Made by a program: the position numbers and the translations under genes
Shown: positions 48,671 to 56,970 of the stretch, in pieces
Layout of the letters: every line of letters starts with the position of its first letter
Numbering within the stretch: position 1 is the first letter of the stretch
Notes under the pieces: generated by a model
What the model was told of the DNA's origin: nothing
Database searches by the model: none
Seen by the model: only the letters and a program-made list of their open reading frames with translations
Assembly: GCA_043814605.1 (NCBI GenBank)
Contig: JBDRJV010000005.1
Location: 11,453-75,452, forward strand
Direction: 5' to 3'
DNA: 64,000 bases
Source of the DNA: Candidatus Omnitrophota bacterium
GTDB taxonomy: Bacteria > Omnitrophota > Gorgyraeia > B26-G9

Positions 48671-49873
48671 ATGAAAATTTTATTTTTAACATCACGTTTA
48701 CCGTATCCGCCGTACGGAGGAGATAAGGTGAGAGTATATAATTTTTTAAAACAGCTTGCGGTTAAACATCAGGTTACATTAATCTCTTTTATCGAAGATA
48801 AAAGTGAGCTTAAGCACGTGGCGGCGTTAAAGGAAATTTGTCAGAGGGTAGAGGTTATTCATCTTAAAAAATGGCAATCTTATTTAAATTGCTTATTTAA
48901 CTGTTTATCGGTAACACCGCTGCAAATGTATTATTATAATGACCGGAGAATGCGGAAATTAATAAAGCAGATTTTAACGCAAGAAAATATTGACGGAATT
49001 TATGTGCATCTATTACGAATGGCGCATTATGTAGAGGATTTTAAAAAGATGGGAGTTCCCGAATCTCAGCGTCCCCGTCGTAAAATTTTGGATTTAACGG
49101 ATGCAATTTCTTTAAGTTTAAAAAGGTCGTTATCTTATCGCAGTCATGTTTTCTTTTTATTTTATTTGTTTGAGTGGTGGAAGGTTAAGCGTTATGAGGC
49201 AAGAATCATTGATAAATTTGATGCTAGTGTTTTAATTTCAATGATGGATAAACAATCACATCCGGCGTTAGCTGCTTCAGAAAAAGTTAGAATTATCGCT
49301 AACGGTGTTGATCTGGATTATTTCTCTCCTCAGGAAATCGATTATCATAAGCAGAAGATTGTTTTTTTAGGAAATTTCCACAGTTTTCCAAACCGCGATG
49401 GTGTGAATTATTTGTACCATCAGATTATGCCGATGATCAAAGAAAAGATTCCGGGAATTAAATTATATATAGTGGGAGTTAATCCGCCAAAATTTATTCA
49501 GGATATGGCTGATCAAAAAAATATTTTTGTTACCGGTTCAGTTCCAGATGTGCGAGAATTTTTAAAAGATGCCTTGGCTTTAGTTTGTCCCCTGAGAGTG
49601 GGGGCGGGTATTCAAAATAAAATACTTGAGGCTATGGCCTTAGGATTACCTGTGATTACGACATCAATCGGAGCTTTTTGGTTAAGCGCCGAGGGGCAAA
49701 AAAAAGTAATGATTGGGGATGAACCGCATCACTTTGCTCAACGCATTTTAGAATTAATGGATGATTCGGGGAAAAGAAAGGTTTTAAGCCAACAGGCCAG
49801 AGATTTTGTAGTTAAAAATTATAATTGGCAGAACAATGTTGATAAACTTGAGTCTTTATATGATGTTGCATAA
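48671..49873 (+). CDS. GT4 glycosyltransferase, PEP-CTERM/exosortase-associated type
   Basis: RLPYPP.GGDKVR, NGVDLDYF, GAGIQNKILEAMA. Confidence 0.88.
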   Translation: MKILFLTSRLPYPPYGGDKVRVYNFLKQLAVKHQVTLISFIEDKSELKHVAALKEICQRVEVIHLKKWQSYLNCLFNCLSVTPLQMYYYNDRRMRKLIKQILTQENIDGIYVHLLRMAHYVEDFKKMGVPESQRPRRKILDLTDAISLSLKRSLSYRSHVFFLFYLFEWWKVKRYEARIIDKFDASVLISMMDKQSHPALAASEKVRIIANGVDLDYFSPQEIDYHKQKIVFLGNFHSFPNRDGVNYLYHQIMPMIKEKIPGIKLYIVGVNPPKFIQDMADQKNIFVTGSVPDVREFLKDALALVCPLRVGAGIQNKILEAMALGLPVITTSIGAFWLSAEGQKKVMIGDEPHHFAQRILELMDDSGKRKVLSQQARDFVVKNYNWQNNVDKLESLYDVA

Positions 49874-50904
49874 ATATTACATAATTCCTTTTTTGATTTC
49901 ACTTTTTATCGTTTTAGGAATAACTCCGTTTATTCTGAAGATCACTTTAATGCGGAAAATTGTGGATAAGCCGGCAAAAAGGAAAATCCATCGCCAGCCT
50001 GTTCCGACATTAGGAGGTATGGGGATTTGGCTGGGTTTTAACGTGGGAATAGGAGCAGTATTTTTTATGATCCCGGAGCTGAAAGTAAATTTTTTACACT
50101 CTTTTTTAGGAATCAGTCTTTGTACAGCAATAATTGTTTTTATGGGGTATTATGGACGACATTTTTGACTTAAATGCTTATTTAAAATTAATGATTCAAA
50201 TCGGGATTGCCTTAATCTTAATTAATTTTGGTTTTGAGATCAGTATTATTTCCAAGCCTACCGGTGATGGCTTACCGCTGGGAATCTTGAGCGGGGTGAT
50301 TACGATTATCTGGATAGTGGGCTTGATTAATGCGATTAATCTTTTAGATGGATTGGATGGCCTGGCTGCAGGAGTGAGTGGTATTGCGCTTTTTTTTCTA
50401 TTTTTAGCAGCTGTGGGTATGCAGAATGAACCAGTGGCCATAATGGCACTTTGTCTTTTAGGTGCAATTTTGGGATTTTTACCTTATAATTTTTATCCGG
50501 CTAAAATTTTTATGGGCAATACCGGAAGTATGTTTATTGGTTTGGTACTGGCGGTTATTGCTTTAGCTGGTTTCCAGAAAAGAACAACTGTTTTCACATT
50601 GTTTGTGCCTTTAATGGCTGTAGCTGTGCCGATTATTGACACATTTTTATCGATCTTTCGCAGAATTCTTAAAGGAAAACCAATTTTTAAAGCAGACCGT
50701 GAACATATTCATCACCAGCTTTTCAAAACAGAGAAGTCCCAGACACAAGCGGTTTTATCCTTATATTTTTTTACATTTTGTTATGGGTTAATTGCGTTAA
50801 GTTTTTCCAGCTTTACCGGAATTTATGCAATTATCGCGCTGGTTATCGTTGCTTTAGCCACATATAAATGGTTAAAGGAATGGGGTTTTTTAGATTTTAA
50901 ATAA
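49860..50904 (+). pseudogene. wecA: WecA/TagO (MraY-like) initiating phosphoglycosyl transferase, split by a 1-nt frameshift at ~50137-50147
   Basis: First ORF has DKPAKRKIH..P.LGG; second has GIMDD, NAINLLDGLDGL, FMGNTGS, DREHIHH; deleting one base from T5 or G4 fuses them. Confidence 0.8.
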
Positions 50905-51021
50905 TTTAATCACGATAAATTTTAGAATATTTCAGATGTATTAGGTAAAAAATTTTAAATGTGGTATATTTATATAATGCATTTTTTAATACTAACTTTG
51001 TCCTAATTATAGGGAGAAGAT

Positions 51022-51849
51022 ATGAAATTTAATAAAATAGTTTCTTTAATATTTTCTTATCCGTCTGTGGTCTTACCTTTTTTTATTCTAACTTTAATCG
51101 AAGCGCTTTTTTTAAGTTTGTGGTATTATTCGCCGCGGCCATTAATATCATTAATTTTAGCTCCGCCGATTAGGGTTTTTATGGGAGAAAAATTTTTGCA
51201 TTATCCCTATCTTTTTCTCATGTTACCGCGGGTAATGTTTATCAGCCGTGTTTTTGTTTATTTAGGCTGTGGGATTTCGGCTCTGATTATGACAATTTGT
51301 TCTCTTTATCAGGTACAAAAAGAAAAGCGATCTCCGCGTTTTTGGCCAAACTTAAACCGGGCTCTACGTAACTTGCCGGTTTTATCAGGCGTGGGGATGT
51401 TGTTTTGTACTGTCGCTTTTTTGCTGTATAAAATACCGCGTGTGGTCATCGCAAAATTTGTCTTTGATAATTTACAGCTTGAGATTAGTTCTTATGTATT
51501 ATTTTTAATTTTATTTATTTTTTTAGCTTTGGGGGAAGGATTATTTACAGCCAGTTGCGTAAATTATGTTTTAAAAAATAATAATTTAGGGGCAAGCATT
51601 AAAAACGCTTTTTCATTTGTGCGGAGCAGGCTGTTAAGTTTAGTACTATTTATTTGTTCAGTACGCTTACTGATTTTAGGATTAACTTTAATAAAATGGC
51701 ACATTCCCTATTTACTGAAAAACATGTTTGTGTTATTCCCGGAACTTGTTTTAGTAATTTTAATTTTGGAAATCATTGTTTATTTTGTAGCAAATATTCT
51801 AATTGTTTCCGGCATTACCTTAGCGGTAATTGAGAGTGAGGGGGGCTGA
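51022..51849 (+). CDS. hypothetical integral membrane protein
   Basis: 275-aa ORF with about 6 hydrophobic segments; GGGAG SD. Confidence 0.65.
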   Translation: MKFNKIVSLIFSYPSVVLPFFILTLIEALFLSLWYYSPRPLISLILAPPIRVFMGEKFLHYPYLFLMLPRVMFISRVFVYLGCGISALIMTICSLYQVQKEKRSPRFWPNLNRALRNLPVLSGVGMLFCTVAFLLYKIPRVVIAKFVFDNLQLEISSYVLFLILFIFLALGEGLFTASCVNYVLKNNNLGASIKNAFSFVRSRLLSLVLFICSVRLLILGLTLIKWHIPYLLKNMFVLFPELVLVILILEIIVYFVANILIVSGITLAVIESEGG

Positions 51850-51854
51850 TCAAG

Positions 51855-52712
51855 ATGAAATACAGGCTGAGCCAAAGGATAGTTTGGGGATTAGCGACAT
51901 TAATTTTATGCACGGGATGTGTAAGTGAGGGAAGTTTTAATGCGGAAAAATTGCTTTGGCGAGCTGATTATCAGTGGAAAAAAAATTTTAAAGAAGTTCC
52001 TGCTGGCAAAGAGGAAAAAATATCAGAGGCGCAAAGGGATGAATTAATCTATGCTTATAAAGAAATTACTTTACGTTATCCTTATTGGCTGCAAACGTAT
52101 CAAGCACATTTTAAATTAGCGAAATTGTATTTACTCAAAGGTGATCAACAAAGGGCATTGAAAGAATACGATACTCTTTGTAAAAATTTTGCCCTGCAGC
52201 CGGAGATTTGTGCCAAGGCGCTAAAGAGTATGGCGGAAATATATGAGATTCAAGGCAACTGGCCGGAAGCGGAAATCCTTTATAAAAAAATTATGGATGA
52301 ATATTTGAACTCAAGTATTGGTCTTTTAGTGCCGCTTTATTTAGCCCAGCAATATCAAAATCAGGGATTAACTGATCAAGCCCAAGCCACATTTGTGCAG
52401 GCTCTGGGTTTTTATAAAAAAATTATCGCAGAAAAGGAAACAGCACTCGGGACTCTGGGGTCAATTGATTTTGCGGTTATTTGTATTTTAAACACAAAAA
52501 CTCCGCAGGATGCAATAGAATTTTTAAATACGCTGAAAAGTAATTATCCTAATTCTTTAATCGAAGTTCGGGTTTTATGGAATTTAGCCCGGATTTACCA
52601 GATTAATTTAAATGATCAGATTAAAGCAAAGGCTTTTTACCAGGAAATTGTGGATAAATACCCGCAAATAAACTTAGCGGAAAAAGCTCAAGAACAGATA
52701 AAAGATTTATAA
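51855..52712 (+). CDS. TPR-repeat lipoprotein
   Basis: Lipobox-like ILCTG|C; several TPR-like helical repeats. Confidence 0.75.
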   Translation: MKYRLSQRIVWGLATLILCTGCVSEGSFNAEKLLWRADYQWKKNFKEVPAGKEEKISEAQRDELIYAYKEITLRYPYWLQTYQAHFKLAKLYLLKGDQQRALKEYDTLCKNFALQPEICAKALKSMAEIYEIQGNWPEAEILYKKIMDEYLNSSIGLLVPLYLAQQYQNQGLTDQAQATFVQALGFYKKIIAEKETALGTLGSIDFAVICILNTKTPQDAIEFLNTLKSNYPNSLIEVRVLWNLARIYQINLNDQIKAKAFYQEIVDKYPQINLAEKAQEQIKDL

Positions 52713-52750
52713 AAGAATATCATAGAGGATAGGAAAAACAGGCAAAATAC

Positions 52751-53584
52751 ATGGTTTTAGTTCTGATTAGTCTAATTGTAGGTTTAACCGTAATAATTTT
52801 CTGGCCAACATTTGACTGGCTTTTGTACCGGTTTGCGGAACCAGAATCTTTTTATGCACACGGTTATCTTATCCCTTTTATTTCTGCATACCTTATTTGG
52901 CAGAAAAAAGCAGCGTGGGTTAAATTAAAAAGCCAGCCTTCTTATTGGGGATTGGGGATTTTAATATTTTCTTTAATTATCCATGTTTTTTCTTATTATT
53001 TTGAAATTAATCTCTTAAGCGGTTTTTCTTTACTCGGTGTTATTGTGGGATTAATCCTATTTAATTTAGGTGTGGAGGCTTTAAAAATAAATGTATTTGC
53101 TTTGTTTTTTTTAATTTTTATGATTCCTTTACCAAAAGTGATGACTTTGGGATTGAGTTTTTATCTAAAGATGTTTGCTGCGCAAACTGCCAGTTTTTGC
53201 GTCGGAGTTATTGTTCCGCTTAAAAATGTAGGGAGTTTTATTTATTTACCAAATGGTGTTTTGACTGTGGGCACGCCTTGTAGCGGATTAAGCTCTTTGA
53301 TTTCACTGGCTGCTTTAGCCATGTTATTTTCGCATCTAACTGCTTTTAGCAAATTTAAAAAGGCTATTTTTTTTATTTTGGCTTTACCTTTGGCGTTAAT
53401 ATCAAATATCTTAAGAATTATGCTTTTGATTATTGTTTGCTATGTATACGGGGTTGATGTAGCCATGGGATGGTTTCATGATTTTTCCGGGATGTTAGTT
53501 TTTGTTTTTGCTTTTCTGGGGTTGTTAATTTTACGCAATATATTTTTGTTATGGAAAATACAAGAAAAAGTAAAAATACTTTAA
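52751..53584 (+). CDS. exosortase
   Basis: HGYLIP, catalytic PCSGL, NILRI and WFHD (Cys-Arg-His). Confidence 0.92.
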   Translation: MVLVLISLIVGLTVIIFWPTFDWLLYRFAEPESFYAHGYLIPFISAYLIWQKKAAWVKLKSQPSYWGLGILIFSLIIHVFSYYFEINLLSGFSLLGVIVGLILFNLGVEALKINVFALFFLIFMIPLPKVMTLGLSFYLKMFAAQTASFCVGVIVPLKNVGSFIYLPNGVLTVGTPCSGLSSLISLAALAMLFSHLTAFSKFKKAIFFILALPLALISNILRIMLLIIVCYVYGVDVAMGWFHDFSGMLVFVFAFLGLLILRNIFLLWKIQEKVKIL

Positions 53585-54207
53585 TTATTAGTTTAGGGGT
53601 CCTATTATTTTTTTGTGTGCTGATGGCGCATTTTAAAAATATGAAAAGTGTTTTTAGTACAGAGGTTGCCAAGCCAAAACTTTTAGAAAAATATGGAGAG
53701 TGGAGTTATTTACGGGAAATTCCGATCAGTGAAAATATTTTAGAAGTTTTAGGGACTAAAGGCGCTGTGCTGGGTGAATATAAAAATGCGCAGGGTGAAA
53801 AATTGCAAGTTTACATTTTAAAAGCTTCGCTTAAGCGCAGCAGTATTCATCAGCCAGAATATTGTTATCTTGGCGCCACAGAAGAATTAATAAAAAAGGG
53901 AAGTTTAAATATTGATTTAAATAAAAAGGAAAAAATTCCTGTTAATTATTTACTTGTAAAAACTCAAGCAGGGATTGATCTGGTAATGTATACTTATGAA
54001 ACTAATTGTATATTTACGAATAACTATTATTGGCAGCAATTTCTTTTTCTCATTCAGCGTTTAAAAGGCCATTCTGTTAATGGCAGTTTAATTCGGGTTT
54101 CAAAATCAACCATAAATGACAAATTAAGTGATGACATTAAAGTATTGCAACTAGTTATCAAATCAATAGTTATAAGTGATAATTCCAGCATTAATAAAAA
54201 CTTTTAA
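53551..54207 (+). CDS. epsI: EpsI family exosortase-associated protein
   Basis: IHQPEYCYLG, GSLIRVS; overlaps exosortase. Confidence 0.85.
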   Translation: MENTRKSKNTLIISLGVLLFFCVLMAHFKNMKSVFSTEVAKPKLLEKYGEWSYLREIPISENILEVLGTKGAVLGEYKNAQGEKLQVYILKASLKRSSIHQPEYCYLGATEELIKKGSLNIDLNKKEKIPVNYLLVKTQAGIDLVMYTYETNCIFTNNYYWQQFLFLIQRLKGHSVNGSLIRVSKSTINDKLSDDIKVLQLVIKSIVISDNSSINKNF

Positions 54208-54224
54208 AAATCTTTGGATATCAA

Positions 54225-54253
54225 TTGACAAATTCCTTACCCTATGGTATACT
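54225..54253 (+). promoter_or_regulatory. sigma70-type promoter of PEP-CTERM gene group
   Basis: TTGACA-17 nt-TATACT with extended -10 TG. Confidence 0.75.
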
Positions 54254-54331
54254 TTCTTATCCTTTTTACATCACGTGATAATTGAAAAAATTTTAGAGAA
54301 ATTATAGAGTTTTAACTTATAGGTATTTATT

Positions 54332-55462
54332 ATGAAATTAGGCGTTAGTAGTTTGCGAATTTGCACATTAGGCATAATAATCATTAATACAGCAATTATA
54401 ACTTTATTGATGAGCGGGAATAGTTATGCACAGTGTGAAATCGGAGCTTTTGTGGGAAATAATGATCATGTTATGCCGACAAATTCTGAAATTCAAAATT
54501 ATGAAAGTCTTACAGGAAGAAATTTAGCTTCTACTTTAGTTTACTGGTCTTGGGATGACGGAGTTTTTCCTGCACAAGAATTGTACGCGAATGGTTACAA
54601 TAAACAAAACATCCTGCATTTTACTTGGGAACCTTGGGCTAGACAAGGTGCTTATGATCCGAATTATACTTTAAGTGATATTAATAATGGAATTTTTGAT
54701 TCTTATATAACACAATTTGCCCAGGATTGCCGGGATTGGCAATCTCCGATAAGATTAAGATTCGGGCATGAAATGATTCAAGATAATAACCCGATTACTC
54801 CGGGATGGTATCCTTGGCAGGATAAACCTGCAGAATATGTGCAAGCTTGGAATCGGGTATATAATATTTTTGAAACACAAGGAGCCATAAATGTTGAATT
54901 TGTTTGGGCGCCAAACCACCATAGCACAAATGTAAATGAATTAATGGCTTATTACCCCGGTGCAGATAAAGTTGACTGGCTGGGTATGGATGGGTATAAT
55001 TGGGGGACATATACGGCTCAAGAACCTTGGGGGTATTGGCTTGAATTTGAAGAGGTGTTTGGTTCTTTGTATGATACCCTGACAACTAATGATCAGATTT
55101 TTGGTGATAAAAAATTAATGATTGCTGAATTTGCTAGTGCCGAAGTTAGTGCAATCGAAGGAAAGACTAAAGCAGAATGGATAGCCAATGCTTTTAATAA
55201 AATTCAAAATGATTATTCAGAAATTGAGGCTTTTTATTGGTTTAATGCTTTAAAGGAACGGGATTGGCGGGTTAATTCCGGAACCGGTGAAACATTAGCC
55301 GCTTTTCAATTAGCCATGACTAATTCTTACTTTACTGAATATACAGTACCAGAACCCAGTTCAATAATTTTATTTAGTTCAGGATTATTAGGATTGATGT
55401 TTAATATTAGTTTTAGTAATTTTAAAAAAACAATTAAAATGAAAGGGGGTTACAAAACGTGA
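54332..55462 (+). CDS. GH26 glycoside hydrolase with PEP-CTERM sorting signal
   Basis: TWEPW, RFGHEM, YYPG..VDWLGMDGYN, IAEF; C-terminal VPEPSSIILFSSGLLGL + basic tail. Confidence 0.85.
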   Translation: MKLGVSSLRICTLGIIIINTAIITLLMSGNSYAQCEIGAFVGNNDHVMPTNSEIQNYESLTGRNLASTLVYWSWDDGVFPAQELYANGYNKQNILHFTWEPWARQGAYDPNYTLSDINNGIFDSYITQFAQDCRDWQSPIRLRFGHEMIQDNNPITPGWYPWQDKPAEYVQAWNRVYNIFETQGAINVEFVWAPNHHSTNVNELMAYYPGADKVDWLGMDGYNWGTYTAQEPWGYWLEFEEVFGSLYDTLTTNDQIFGDKKLMIAEFASAEVSAIEGKTKAEWIANAFNKIQNDYSEIEAFYWFNALKERDWRVNSGTGETLAAFQLAMTNSYFTEYTVPEPSSIILFSSGLLGLMFNISFSNFKKTIKMKGGYKT

Positions 55463-56064
55463 ATAAAAAGGTGCTTTTAATTTTGATATACTTTTACTTG
55501 ATCAGTGCCGTAATTATACCTTGTATTAGTTTTGCCCAAGAAGCAGGATTTGAGCCTTTTGGTGTTTATTATGATCAAGGAAATCGGGGTAATCATTATG
55601 TAGGTTCAGGCTGGATGGGAGATTACGGGGATGTTAAAATTACTGAGTCCTGGAAAGATAATCCTTATTCCGGAAAAACCTGTATAAAAATTGATTATAC
55701 TGGAGATGGAAAACAGGGTGCTAATTGGGCGGGAATTTACTGGCAATGGCCGCCGAATAATTGGGGTGAAAAGAAAGGCGGATTTGATCTGACGGGTGCA
55801 TCGAAACTTACTTTCTGGGCCAGAGGCGAAAAAGGTGGCGAACAGATTATGGAATTTAAAATGGGCGGATTAACCGGAACTTATTCTGATTCTGATTCTG
55901 CCAGTATTGGACCGGTTGAATTAACTGCGGATTGGAAACAATATAGTATTAATTTAGCTGCACTGGATTTGTCATACATCAGCGGCGGATTTGCCTGGGT
56001 TACGAATGCAATTGCTGCACCAGAAGGATGTGTGTTTTATTTAGATAATATCCAATATGAATAA
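55459..56064 (+). CDS. secreted carbohydrate-binding-module-like protein (CBM11-like)
   Basis: Signal peptide; SGWMGD, WAGIYWQ, DLTGASKLTFWARG, WKQYSI.L, FYLDNIQY jelly-roll pattern. Confidence 0.6.
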   Translation: MNKKVLLILIYFYLISAVIIPCISFAQEAGFEPFGVYYDQGNRGNHYVGSGWMGDYGDVKITESWKDNPYSGKTCIKIDYTGDGKQGANWAGIYWQWPPNNWGEKKGGFDLTGASKLTFWARGEKGGEQIMEFKMGGLTGTYSDSDSASIGPVELTADWKQYSINLAALDLSYISGGFAWVTNAIAAPEGCVFYLDNIQYE

Positions 56065-56152
56065 CCAAATAAAAGGGGTGAGAAAGATGAAGATTATGAA
56101 TTTAGTATTAACCGCTTTAAAAAAAATTAAGAAAGGAGGTGAAATAGTAATT

Positions 56153-56863
56153 ATGAAAAAGTTAAATGCAATAATTATTATGGTATTAATGGTAGCTGGA
56201 CTAACATTGATTAACACAGGAACAGCTCGCGCAGTAAATGCGTTGCAAGATGGCAGCTTTGAAGGCGCTTATTGGCCCTTAGATGATTGGAAAGCACTAT
56301 ATGGCCTGCCTTGGTATAGACAAATTGGCGGTGCGGAAACTTACTCAGGTTCTTATTCTGTATATAACGAAATTTCAATGGACTACTCCGGATGGCCAGT
56401 GACTGAATACTGGACACAATTTGAACAAGTTCTTACTGGTGTAAGTGCTAGCGAAGTAATCACACTTACTGGATTTACCAGACCAGACATTAATGCAGAG
56501 GCACAGTCAGTTGAAGGAGGAATTGGTGTGGTATGGTTTAACAACATGGGAACGCCTACTAATACAACTGATGATATTCAGTTAGGTTCAGCAATTACTG
56601 ATGGTATTGGACTTGCGGGTAATGGACAGTGGAACGCATTAAGCGTTAATGCAACTGCACCTGGAAGTATGACGAATGTTTATGGTAAGGCTTTCTGTTA
56701 TGTTATTGGTCAGAAATCAGATGCTGCGGATGCTTTAGGCAGTACAGTGTATTTTGATGCTCTTTCTACAACCGGTGTTATTCCTGAGCCAAGTAGTTTA
56801 ATTCTCCTGGGCACGGGAATCATTGGGATGCTTTCAGCAACCAGAAAGAAAAAAAGAGTGTAA
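56153..56863 (+). CDS. PEP-CTERM surface protein
   Basis: AAAGGAGGTGA SD, signal peptide, N.L.DGSFE..VYFD, C-terminal IPEPSSLILLGTGIIGML..RKKKR. Confidence 0.9.
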   Translation: MKKLNAIIIMVLMVAGLTLINTGTARAVNALQDGSFEGAYWPLDDWKALYGLPWYRQIGGAETYSGSYSVYNEISMDYSGWPVTEYWTQFEQVLTGVSASEVITLTGFTRPDINAEAQSVEGGIGVVWFNNMGTPTNTTDDIQLGSAITDGIGLAGNGQWNALSVNATAPGSMTNVYGKAFCYVIGQKSDAADALGSTVYFDALSTTGVIPEPSSLILLGTGIIGMLSATRKKKRV

Positions 56864-56893
56864 GTAAAAACAAATAAGTTAAGGCATTAAATT

Positions 56894-56925
56894 AAAAGGG
56901 CAGGAATAAATCCTGCCCTTTTTTT
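56894..56925 (+). terminator. intrinsic terminator
   Basis: AAAAGGGCAGGA-ATAAA-TCCTGCCCTTTTTTT. Confidence 0.92.
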
Positions 56926-56970
56926 GTTTATTGTTTGCCCTTTATGTGTATGTTATAATAAAAACCCATT

